Assembly: GCF_018350175.1 (NCBI RefSeq) | Contig: NC_058368.1 | Span: forward strand, 121,956,001-122,020,000 | From: Felis catus | Taxonomy: Eukaryota | Direction of reading: 5' to 3' | Length of the DNA: 64,000 nt | Program-made: the position numbers and the translations under genes | Notes under the pieces: model-generated | Seen by the model: the letters and a program-made list of their open reading frames with translations, nothing else | The model's database searches: none | Told to the model about the DNA's origin: nothing | Shown here: piece by piece, positions 25,871-38,285 of the stretch | Position numbering within the stretch: position 1 is the first letter of the stretch | Layout: the number at the start of each line of letters is the position of its first letter

Positions 25871-28800
25871 TTTTGCCTACTGAGTCACCTGCTAACAGAC
25901 ATATGGTAAAGAGGTGGCGTGACCTCTGTAGCTTGCTCAAAAGTACACAGGAAACCTGCTGGACAAGTCGGAGGAGAAGGGTGGCCTGGCAAATCAGCAG
26001 AGCTGAGACTCCAGAAGAAAGGAGATAAAGAATGTATAAAATGTAAGAAACTTGCTCCACCTTAAAGAGGTAGGTGAGAGGTGGAAGTCTGATTGCCTGA
26101 CTGGTTTTTCTGGCTCAACTTTCAAGAGAAATGATGGACAACTAGGTGGGCTGCTTACGATAAAAACAACAGTGCACAGGCCTGCCACACTAAGCATCTG
26201 AAATTTTCTGAACAATAGATGCAGACTGATGCTCAATCAGGTTGTCAGGATTCCATGCTGGTGCTGATAAACCCTGGTTTTTCATGATACGATATCATTT
26301 ACTAAGTCTGGTTACTTCTCTGATTTGAAAACCCCATTGTCTGTGACCATTCTTTTCTTGCCCAAGCCTCTTCCTTGACACAGTCACCTACCTTCTTTAT
26401 TCCTTCCTATATGCTCCTTCTCTACCTGGAACCCCTTCCATCTCAGTCTCCTCCTTGGCCTGGCTAATTGCTATTTGTCCTCAAGCCTCAGGTTGGGAGC
26501 CTCTTCCTCCAAGAAGCCTTCTTTGACTTTATTATTCTGGGTTCGGTGCCATTTTAAGTGCGACCTGTGCTTCCTTCTAGTTCAGCACACATTACAGTGG
26601 AAAGTAACTGCTTCTTTGTTTGTGGGTCTCCTCAGTGAGAGAGCATGCATTGACTACCATTGTAGCCCCAATGCAAGGGTATGGTACACAATAGGGATCC
26701 AATACATATTGAAAGTGATAGATGGAGGGACGAATTGTCAACTTTGTAACACCCTCTTGGCTGGTCTCCCTGTTTGAAATCTCTCACCTCCACACTCAAT
26801 GCTACATCCCAGAAGTCATTAAACTTTTCTGTAAACCTCATTCATGTCGTTTTCTTTTTTATTACTTCCCTTGAATACTCACATGGAAGTCAGATAGTGG
26901 CATCTCAGGGGTGGGAAGCAGTTCAGTCAGAGGGGGCATAGAGTCCTAGAAGTGTCCTATACCTTGATCTTGGTAATGGTGACAAGAATGTATAGGTATG
27001 TAAAAATCAATGAGCTAAACATGAGTAAACAATGCTCTACTTTAAGTAATTAATACTTGAATACAAATAAACATATCCCTTGAAGGCTCACTGTGTTGAC
27101 AGGATAATATCTGGACCTTCTCGCTCCAGAGTTTGAGGTTCTTCACTCATGGCCCACTTGTTGAGTTCCTTTTCAAATTTACTTCACTAAAACACATGCT
27201 CTGATCTGCTCACAAGTCTCCAAACTCTTGTCATTTCACTCCCATCTCTATGCTTAAAATCATGCTGTCTTATCCTAATTGATTTCTCTTCCTTCTTCTT
27301 TGACCTTTTGACAGCTTTCCCCATTCTGGAAGGACCAGGATGAATCTTCCTTCATGAACCTCATTAGCCTCTCTTTTCTCTGAACCCCTGACTACTGTGT
27401 CTGGTTATTCATACATGGAAACACTTCCTAAAGACTGTAGGCTCTTTGAAGGCAGAGATTTTATCTCATTTCCAATTTTTATATTTAGTATAGTACCTGG
27501 TACAATGGTGGATTCTAAATATGTATTTGTTATGAATATCATGAGGGCCTATCTATGTGCTCAGACCCATGGCAGTTATGAGTTTGCATAGAGATTAAAA
27601 AGACAAGTTGTCTGTATCATCTAGGATGAAACCTTAGTGTGGCTGTTAAAACCATGGACATAGGATTCATACATGGTTTCAAATCCAGGTTTCACAACTC
27701 AGTGGCTCTGTGATTGACCGTACTCAGCTGCCATCATCAAACTCTGCTTCCTCATCTGTATCATGGGGACCTTCTCATTAGGGTTGTTGTGAGAATTACA
27801 TAAGAACATGATTATTTTATTAGTGAACACTGAATTAGTCATTTTGCTAAAAAGAACAATCTTATCCAAATAAAAGTCCATGCTCTTAATAGTATCAGGC
27901 AAAGGATTCAGCCCAGTGGCTAATTCACAGGAGCATTTAACACACAGCAGATATTATTATCAGAGATATTCAATGGAGGAGTATAGTTTCAGGGAGGAAA
28001 ACCTATGAATTGGTAAAAATGGAGAAGGGAAAAAAAAAGTGGGTGCATTGTGAGATGTGTACACGTGTACATAAACACAGAATGAATTTAATCCAAAACA
28101 AATTCCTTTGGGAAATTCCATCACATCCCATTACCATGGTCCCAAAGGCAAGAGCTGGCCTCTGATCTTCACATGTTTAATATCTTTGAAAAAATTCTGA
28201 AACCATAATCATCTTGACACGGTACACAAAGGCAAGTATGTGTGGGAGTTGTATGCAAAATCATGGTCCTTTACTTCCAGCTCCCAGAATTCTTTAATCA
28301 TCCTAATTCCTCATGCTTCTCTGCCAACTTTTGACCTTAGGATAGCTCTTTGATTGCTCAATAGGATTTGACAGCAAGGAAGGGGGAACACTGAGGAACA
28401 CGTTCTCTGTGCACCCTTACACACTCACTGAAAAGACACCAGTTTAACAATTTTAATTCATATATACTTCTACTCATGTAATCAATAATTCATGGCAATT
28501 CCTCTGCAGCATTTTAGTGACAACAGAAAGGGCAGGATATTTCTTCTCTTCCCTTTGCCTTCCTTTCTTCACTTAGTCGTGCCTGGAGCCTGGAGAGTAC
28601 AGAATCTCAAGAAAACAGTTTCCATGGTGATTCTTCCTTTGAGTACCCGACTGTATTTTGCTCTTTCTGGAGTGAATTAATGCTTTTTATTGCTTTCATG
28701 CTAAATATATTGAAGATTAGATTTGAGTTCCTCTGCAGTGATACAGTTTTATCAGGAAAATAGAAAGTAAAAACACAGCATGAAGAAACTATATCTTTCT

Positions 28801-29879
28801 GTCACTACACTATCAGAAAGGAAAAAAAAAAAAACATTTCAGAGGAAAAAATAACCAGCCACAGGGAAATGGATGCAGGTGTCTGGAAGCTTGGATATGC
28901 ATGTGTGCATCTCAATGTTAGAAAGCCTGTCTTGAGAGGAAATTGTCTTAATTCCTCCATATGTTGAAGGTGGTACAAGCTGACCACGAAACACTGAGTT
29001 AAAAGGAATAACTTGATTTTTAATGTACTACCCTCTTCGCAGCACAGAAAATACAAGAGTGTGTAGGAACAAGGACATCTTCAAACTCATAATACCTTCC
29101 CTACTCTACAATTATTAAGGAGAGTCTTGCTTTCTACCAAAGCTAAATAACTGGCCTTCCTTACTTTTCAAAATTGCTAGATGACTTTCCCAACACTGCC
29201 CATGGCACTCTGAATCTCCTGACATAGAACCTATCCCACTAATACTTACCATCCACTCATACAGCTTCCCCACAAGACCCTAAAAGGTCAGGGCCTGTGC
29301 CTTCCCCATTCACTCCATTATGACCAGCACAGCACATGAAGGAAAGGAAAATGAGGAAAATGACACTGTGAATGGGTAACTTTGGCAGTGAGGTCTCCTT
29401 TGTAAAATCTCAAAGGGCTGCTATGTCAGAGGAAGAAGGAATCGTGTGTAAATAAAAAATAAATCTGAGCAATAGCTCCTGGTTTTCATGGGCTCTCCTT
29501 CCCTCTCTTGGGGCATTAAGGAGTTAAAGGGAAGAATTGGGTTTGGGGGGGGGTTGCTGTGGGCAAAGAGCGGTACCATCCAACAAGGCTTCCTTCTCTG
29601 CCATTATACACCTACCCTATGTGGCCTGGAGTCAAATCATCACTAGACACCAAATAGCTGGAGGAAAACGGGGTGGTTAGCCAATTTGAGGCAGGTAATA
29701 AACACCTATATCAAACCAGGTACCGTCCTAGCTGCACCTGGCGACAGGAGTGAGCACAAGAATTTTTGCCCCCAGAAAATTTAGAGTGCAAGAGAGAGAC
29801 ATTTCGGGAGATCATGTGGAAGCGGATGGAGTTGAGTACCAACAGACACCCTTGGTTATTGATAACGATGCCAACAATT

Positions 29880-30110
29880 AATATTTACTCCTAAGTATGC
29901 TAGGTGTTTTTTTAAGCACCATATATGCATGAACTCACTCAGAACACATTCTCATAACACATCTATAAGTTGGTACTATTATTTCAATTAGCAAAGAAAA
30001 AATTGAGGCTTAGGAAGGCTACCTAACTTGCCTAACATCCTAAAGCCACTCAGTAGTAGAGCCATGATTCAAACCCAGACAGCTGGATCCTTGAGTTAGT
30101 ATCTTAACAA
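29880..30110 (-). mobile_element. MIR
   Basis: gaaaaattgaggcttagg..taacttgcctaa..agtagtagagccatgattcaaacccagacag. Confidence 0.7.
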
Positions 30111-31669
30111 CTACAAGCCTCTGAATCTAAGGCTCATGGGATCTCACTTAAGAAAGCTAGGAGACGTTTCCCACAGTTTCCTTTGCTGTGTAAATTACCC
30201 AAAGCTTACTCCATTTGTGAGGCGGCTCTACAAAGAGGTCCTTCTGGAACTCATTTTCTAGAATATCTAAATTCAAAATTTACTAATAGTATACTGCATT
30301 TCACTCAATAGAACACAGTGGCAAGAACAAGGTCTCAGGGTATTAACTCCGAGACACTTCCCTTCATTTCAAAGAATGTGGATCCCCTCCACTATGTGAA
30401 ACGTATGCATTAAATTAAAAAAGAACAGGAAGGAAGTGTATTAAGGCTCAAAGGGCAAGATTGTGAGGCTTTAAATTTTGCTTTTTGCTTTATTGAGATA
30501 ATTTTCTCAGTTTTCTATAATGGGTATATATAATTTTAACTGTGACAAAATAACTCACTTAAGAAATGCAAAGACTTTCAACAAAAGGAAAGCAAAGATG
30601 GAAGAGAGAGACATTGATTTAGTGACTGTTATCTTTTAGAGCTCAGAATTAGGAAGGAAAAACAAAGTTTAACCTCCAGCATTATCTGTCCTGCCCTGCA
30701 TGACTCCCATGCATGGAATACTTTGAAATGAGACCCTTCTTCCATATTTAGTTACAAGGATTATTACCTATCGGGCAGTGAAAACGGAAGTGTGTTTGTT
30801 TTCACCAAGGGAGACAATGGGGCTCAGAGATCATGTTCTTTGCGCACTCCTTACCTCAGAGTTAACCAGTCTCTGTGGGTCTGTTGGATTCCAGAGCCTG
30901 TCAGTTCACACTTCCCTCCTGCCCTTCCCAACCGGACAAAGTCATGCTCCCACATGTGTGTAAGGTTAACTTTTATCATTAGAAAAAACAGCCTGAAGAG
31001 TCGCAGGGAATTTGATCAGGAAATGTAGACAGAGATATGTTCTGCATTTTCAGAAGAAACTGATGAGGTCTTTGAGGCGCTTAGTGGAAAGCAGGAGGGG
31101 GAAAGCTCTAGGGCGCCTACAAGGTGTGAGTTTGGAGAGAAAAACACAGATTAGATGTGTCTTCCTGCCGGAGCTACATGTGGCATGCCAGCTGGCTCCT
31201 TTTCCAATTGCCTCTTTATTAGCGACTCCAACAATCATATTTTGCTAATCTTCTCATAAATAAAATATCACACATATCACAAAGGCATCCCTGATGGCAG
31301 ACTGCGCTCCAAGTTAGCTAGAATGGATGAAGTGAAAACAGGGCAGCTTCAGGTACATATAATTATTACAATTACTGGCATCATAAATGTCTGCAAGATC
31401 AGCAGTGCGGCTGGGTGCTTGATGTTCTGTGCATCCCCAGGAATACAGGCTGCTGGTGTGACTTTTCAGGGTCTTATGGTATCTGTTTAGGGGCTCTCTT
31501 TTTATAGTCCTTGGCAGAAAAATAAAATTATTTTGCCAGAGATTTTATACCATACTACATCTGTTGTTCAATAATTAGCATCTTATATAGCAGAGAGAAG
31601 GTCAACTTGCATTTCTATATATTCTCCTCTCCCTCTTCATTTTCCCTGGCCTCCCAGAGAGGATAACCA

Positions 31670-31890
31670 AGTAATTAAGAGCTTGGGCTTTGAAGTCAGA
31701 AGGATCTGGGGTCAAAGCACAGTTCTGCCACATATTAACTGTAAGATCTTGGGAGTGTCAGTCACTCTCATTCCCAATTTCCTCCTCGGTAAACAGTGAA
31801 GAAAATCTTTCCTGTTTTATAGCTTAGTTGTGAGGATTCAGTGAGATAATGTGAATAAAGGAGCTGGCATCTGATGAGTCCTTAATAAAG
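31670..31890 (+). mobile_element. MIR
   Basis: ttaagagcttgggctttgaagtcaga..gttgtgaggattcagtgagataatgtg. Confidence 0.7.
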
Positions 31891-32392
31891 GTCAGAAAGA
31901 CAGGGGAAAAAATAGGACATGAGGGACAAAAATGTGGGGGCAGAGTGGGTATGTTCATTGAGATTTTTTGTCTTTCTTTCCTCCATGAGAAGTTTATCAT
32001 CTCACATTGGGTTCAAACTAATTTCTTTTATCTATATTGTTGGCTATAGCTTTCCTTCCCTACCCCAAAGTTAGAACCATAAATATCTCCCACTGATGCG
32101 ATGATTAAGATAAGGTCCAAGGACTCTTTCCTCATTTATTGTTTAAAAACAATCTTTTGTGGAGATTTTTGATGGATTGTAGGGATATTTATGACTCAGG
32201 CCTCCTGGCAAAGTCCCTTGATGCTGACTCATTCGTTAGCCGGGGAGGGAAGGAGGCAGCTGAAATCATCATTCATTTATTCTGCTTCTCAGTTATGGTG
32301 AAAGGTCAGAGGTAAGCCACTCAGTGCAGGGCTCAGTAGGAGAATCAGATTTTCAATAACGTCTTCTTGACCTCAAGAGATAAAAGAATTTC

Positions 32393-32608
32393 TTTTTTTA
32401 AATGTTTATTTTTGAGAGAGAGAGGGAGAGAGAGAGGGGGAGAGAGAGACAGAGAGACAGAGCACAAGGGGGAGAGGGGCACCGAGAGAGGGAGACACAA
32501 TCTGAAGCAGGCTCTAGGCTCTGAGCTGTCAGCAGAGAGCCCGACGCGGGTCTCGAACTCACACGCTGTGAGATCATGACTCACGTGACTGAGCCACCCG
32601 GACACCCC
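32393..32608 (-). mobile_element. felid Can-SINE (head partly deleted)
   Basis: gagacacaatctgaagcaggct..gagccacccggacacccc; TSD-like aaaagaatttct on both sides. Confidence 0.92.
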
Positions 32609-35600
32609 AGCAAAAAAGAATTTCTAACAAACATATACTCATGAAAAGGTTTGCAAAGTCCTCCTTAACACAAATGCCACAGAACTGCTAAGTGACAATA
32701 TTCTGAGCGGTGCCTCTGGCTTCCAGCTCCAAACTCACAGAAACTCCTGCTCCTCTGCACAGTAAGTGAAAACCAAGTGACAGGTGACAGAGAGGGAGGA
32801 GAGACAGAAATAGAAAGGAGGCAGGATGTGGAAGTGCCACAGCGACTCTGGCCTTGAAATGAGGAATAAAGAGCAACCGTGCAGAGATAGAAAGGGAAAT
32901 ATAAAAGGTTTCCTAAAACAAGAATAGTACAATTTATGATTATTACCCTGAACAATAACAGCATTCATAACACCATCACTATCACACTATAATCACCCAG
33001 AAAGAAAACGTCTATAAAATTTACTAAATATAAGAAGTTCAGAAATATGCAAACCAGTAAAAGAGGAAGTACTGACAACTAACACTTCTGTGAGTACTCG
33101 TGTCAGGGACGGGGTGACAAAGTCTAAATGCATTCTTTCCTTTAATCCTCAATCAGTACTAGGAGACTGGTTCTACGTCGACACACATTTATAGCTGGGG
33201 AATGTGATGGAGGCTTAGAAAGGTAAATAACTTGCTTGAGACCACACAGTGACCTATGAAGATGGTTTCTAAAGTCCGTTTTCTGCTACCACTGCTTCAG
33301 CAAAGGAGAGATGTGTTGAAAATACCATCCAGTACCTATAAATTACTGATCTATACATACTGTAAAAGTCATTTTGGAGTATTCCACATTAGTCTTGGCT
33401 CTAGGTATAGCATATGGGAGAAAATTTCAGCCTCGTTTGGACTTCCAGGCCACTGTGAACCCTTGGTATAGCTTCCTTTATAAAGGTGTATCAGTGGGGC
33501 TGCTGTTTCATAATCTATAAACTACAGACAGGTAGTGAGTGGCACATTCAGTGGAAGTTATATGGCAACAAAGGATAAAATGTATTGCCTTTTCAAAGCC
33601 TACGGCTGGTTGGTACAAAAAATTATAATGGCATTACAGGATTGCTGATGTTTGCTTGAGATCAATGTCAACAGAAATATTTTTGCAAGATATGAAATTG
33701 GACGGGTGGACATCTGTCTAGTTTCAATGAAACAGATGCTCCCAAGAGAGCTACCCTTGCCCCATGTTTTAAATAAAGGACTAACTTCTCTAGAGCCCAT
33801 CTATCAACATTTGGTTTTCAGCAAGAAACATATGGTCTAATAGAAGCACATATACTAAGGCTTAAGACCAGAGAGGTAAGATGGTAGGATGTACTGAGTT
33901 CTCAAATGAAGGCTGTTCTTTCTAAGCCTGGGCTAGAGCTTTAGACCAAACCTTCCTCAGCAAGCCTGGGGCTGGCATCCAGTTTGAAAAGCACATGAGA
34001 AGATCTGCGGCGGCGAAAGCAAAGTGCACGCATGCGCACACGCACACACATGTACCATTGATATCGGGGCTGAATTCTGCTTGCCAGGGCCCTACCTCAA
34101 AGTCTTTGCAACATACTGGTTGGACAGTACAGATCTTCTGTGTTGAATTTAGTTTGAATCATGACAACAACATCACTAGTAATAATAGTAGTAGGAGCAG
34201 TAGTAACAATGGCTAACGTACATAAGCATTTCCAAACACTGTTTTCAGTGCTTTATACATATTACCTCACAGGGTTGTTGTGAAGGTAAATGAGTGAGGT
34301 ACTATTATTATCCCCTTTTAACAGATGGAGAAATGTATTAAGTGCTCTGAGTGTGATATTTCATTCATGCCTGCAAATTACCTACGTTGGTAATTCACGA
34401 TTCCCATTTACAGATGAAGAAAGGGAGGCAAGAATGGTTACATGCTCAGAGGCCTACGGCCAGTAAGTGAAAGAGCTGGAACTCACCCCCAGGTTTGTCT
34501 GATTTCAAAGCTCATATTTTTCCCTGATATCCTGATGGTATCAGTATTTCCTCTCTGATCTTGTGGCCATATCCTACCCCCACCCCCCTCCAGCCTCCAA
34601 TTCTTTCTCTCACTCTGCCTGTTCTAGTGAGACTGAGATGCAATATGTCTACTTCCTGCTGCCACGTGCGATAAAATCAATGCCTCACTCAAAGGGCTGG
34701 TGTGACAACCGAAATCCTACAATGTATGGAAAGGGTTTGCCTGGTACTTCCCAAATAAAGACCTGATTCTGATTACCGGAATCACATCACAGCTCTCACC
34801 ATCCTCCCCTCTCCCTGCTAGGGACATTTTCTTCACAGGTACAGAAGGGAGTTGAGGATGTATTTCCAAGGAGAGGAAGTAAGAGGACCAAGGGTTAACA
34901 TGTGGGAGGTGGACTGTACCAGATGAGAGGCAAGGGAGAGGGGGAACAGCTTTGGATCTCATTGCTGGGAACCCTCATCTTTTTTTTATTATTTGTATAA
35001 ATCACTTGACTGTGAAGGCACCACAGACCAAAGCCTCTGAGTATGCCGATGATAATAAATTGGGTAGCACAATAAATAGTAAGGGAAACCAGGCTGCCAA
35101 ATGAAGAAGGATTTAGATCATTTAAATCCTAGGCTATGGGTTGTCAAATCCAGTTTAATACTGGTAAGTGTGGGATAATAACTCAAAGCAAACACTCCTC
35201 CCATCCCAAACCCCCCAGCCGCAGCCCTTCCAACTACTTCTCTCACCCTTGCAAACAGAATGAGCACCCCAAGGGGATTTTCAGAATGAAAAGGGATGGT
35301 ATATACTGACCAGAAATGAGCCCAAGTTATTACATAATAATCCCAGATGCCTCAGCTTGGGCTTAGAGCAAATACGAACAGCTAATAGAAAGCTGCAAGG
35401 TTCGATTAGCTGCAAAAGAGATTCTAAATCAGCGCAGGTTTTATACTATTAAATTGGATGGGGAAAAAGAGTCTTGTGGTTGGATATAGTGGAGAGATGG
35501 AAAGGATTAGGGAAACATAGAGCCATGAGCATTGCTGGGTGGCTAAGGCATGGCCTCAGGGTGGAGTCAACTTGGAGGGTACTACGTCAAAGCACGAGAC

Positions 35601-35952
35601 AATTTAGTCATCTGAATGGCCCATTCTCAGCAGCCCTGGCCGTCCTTAGACCCACATTTGGAGACACGGCCTTGAGGGCGACAGAAGTAGGATCGTATTT
35701 AGTGACACTGGAATCTCAGCAATTGTAAAAGTCATTACTTGATTTGATGTTGATGAATTATTTTATTAGTTCAACAAATACTTATTGAACACCAAATATG
35801 TGCCAGGCATTGACTGTTCCAGAGCTGAAGGTCTATCACTATGCAAAACATGTGATGGTAACAATGCTAGCAATTGAGCATTTACACCACACCATGTTCT
35901 TCACATTCAATTAGATCCTTTAGTCATCCCGACAATCCAAGGATTCATTTAC

Positions 35953-37586
35953 TGTTATGACATGAATTCATATGTAGAAGCCCTACCCCGCAATGTGATG
36001 GCATTTGGAGGTGGGGACTTTGAGAGGTGATGAAGTTTAGATATGGTCATGAGGGTAAGGCCCTAATGATGGGGTCAGTAGACTTGTAAGAAGAGACACC
36101 AGATACTGGCACATAATAGAGAGCCCAGAAATAAACCCATACTTAATATGGTCAATTAATCTACAGGCAAGAATATACAAAGAAGAAAAGATAGTCTCTT
36201 CAATAAATGGTATTGGGAGAACTGGACAACCACATGCAAAAGACTGAAACTGGATCACTTTTTTAACACAATATACAAAACTAAATGCAAAATAAATTAA
36301 AGACCTAAACGTGAGACCTGAAACCATAAAGCTCTCAGAAGAAAACATAGGCACTATTCTCTTTGACAATGGCCTTAGCAACTTTTTTCTAGATATGTTT
36401 CCTGTAGCAAGGGAAAGAAAACCAAAAATAAACTATTGGCACAGAGAAAGAAATCAAAAGCACAATGAGATATCACGTTATACCTGTCAGAATGGCTGGT
36501 ATCAAAAACACAAGAAATAACAAGTCTTGGTGAGAATGTGGAGAGAAAGGAAGCCTCCTGCACTTTTGGTGGGAATGTAAATTGGTTCAGCCACTATGAC
36601 AAACAGTTTGGATGTTCCTCAAAAAATTAAAAATAGAAATATTGTATGAGCCAGTGATTCTACTACTGAGTATTTACCCAAAGAAACCAAAAAACACTAC
36701 TTTGAAAAGATATATATACACACCTATGTTTATAGCAGCAATATTATGAAGCAATCTAAGCATCTGTTGATAGATGGATAAAGAAGATGTAGTGTGCATA
36801 CACACACACACACACACACACATACACAATGAAATATTATTCAGTCATAAAAAAGGAATGAAATCTTGCCATTTGCAACAAGAACAGACTCAGAAGGTAT
36901 TTTACTAAGTGAAATAAGTCACACAAAGACAAATACTGTATCATTTCACTTACATGAGAAATACAAATACTGTATTATTTCACTCATAAAAAAAAGCCAA
37001 TGAACAAAAACCAAAAAAGCAGAAATAGACCTGTAAATATAGAGAACAAACTGGTAGTTGCCAGCAAAGAGTAGGGAGATGGAAGAATGGGCAGAAAGAG
37101 TGAAGGGGAGTAGCAGGTGCAGGCTTCCAGTTATGAAATGAATATGTCACATGAAAGATACAGCATAGGGAATATAGTCAATGGTACTATAGTGGTGTTG
37201 AATGGTGACAGATGGTAGCTAAACTTGCAGTGAGCATAGGATAATATTGAGAGTTGTCAAATTACTGTGTTATATACCTGAAACTAATGTAACATTGTAT
37301 ATCAACCATGCTTCAGTAAAAAAAAAAAAAAAAAAAAAAGGTAAAAATAAAGTAAAATGACTTAAAAAACGAGGGACATCAAACAGCTTGCTTTCTTTCT
37401 TCTGTGTGAGGACACAGTGAGAAGTAGTCACCTGCAAGCCAAGAAGAGAGTCCTTGCTGGGAAAGTGAATCAGCCAGCACATTGATCTTGGACTTCTCAG
37501 TCTCTAGACTGTGAGAAATAAATTCCTGTTGTTTTAGCCACCCAGACTATGGTATTTTGTTATGGCAGCCGGAGCCGACTTACACA
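35953..37586 (+). mobile_element. MaLR solo LTR (MLT1A-like) split by an L1
   Basis: 5' part 35953-36102 (caatgtgatggcatttggaggtgggg, ccctaatgatggg); 3' part ~37385-37586 (ttgatcttggacttc, ctgtgagaaataaatt, tggtattttgttatggcagcc..acaca). Confidence 0.8.
36103..37365 (+). mobile_element. 5'-truncated, internally deleted L1 (ORF2 end plus 3'UTR plus polyA)
   Basis: ORF2 relic RPETIKLSEENIG; gatagtctcttcaataaatgg; gaaatcttgccatttgcaaca; 3'UTR ending cctgaaactaatgtaacattgt followed by an A tract. Confidence 0.92.
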
Positions 37587-38050
37587 GTCACTATTATCAT
37601 CACCATTTTATAAATGAGGACACTGAGGCTCAGAGAGATGAAGTAACCTGCCCAAGATCATGCAGGAAGAATAATCCTGACACCCATACCTCATCTGTTC
37701 AGAGGTCAGCTGCTTTTACACTGCTTCCAAAGGACGGAGTCAGTCCTAGCAATCACTGTGAGGAGTGACGACATCTCTGCTGGCTTTCCCCCACCCCAGC
37801 ATCACCCCCTTTCCTAGGTGTACAGGTAGCTACATTTCACAAGTGCTATATGAACTTACATGAATTAGAATGTCCTGGCTCTGGTGTGATCTGGGAACTA
37901 CTACTGACATCATCATGAGGCTATGAAATCAGGATTTTAGCTTTGTGTTCTCATCCCTGCTCCGCCCCAACCCCATAGGACACATCTCTGGGTCACTTTT
38001 GGCATCTCTAATTGGCTCTTTTTTAAAATCAGTAACTTTTATTCTTAAGC

Positions 38051-38285
38051 CCAGTACTGGCCACCCAATAGAAGTCATGTGAGCCACATACATAATTTTA
38101 AATTTTCTAGTAGCAACATTAAAAAAAAACAGGTAGAATAATCTATTTTATTTAATCAAATTTAATGAAAATATTATGATTTTAAACTGTAATGAGCAAA
38201 AAAATTATTAGTGGGTCTTTCTTCTGTCTTTTTTTCATACAAAACATCTCAGTTTGGACTAGCCACATTTCAAGTTCTCAATGGG
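38051..38285. mobile_element. hAT-Charlie MITE (MER33-like)
   Basis: tgagccacatacataattttaaattttctagtagc..catctcagtttggactagccacatttcaagt. Confidence 0.65.
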
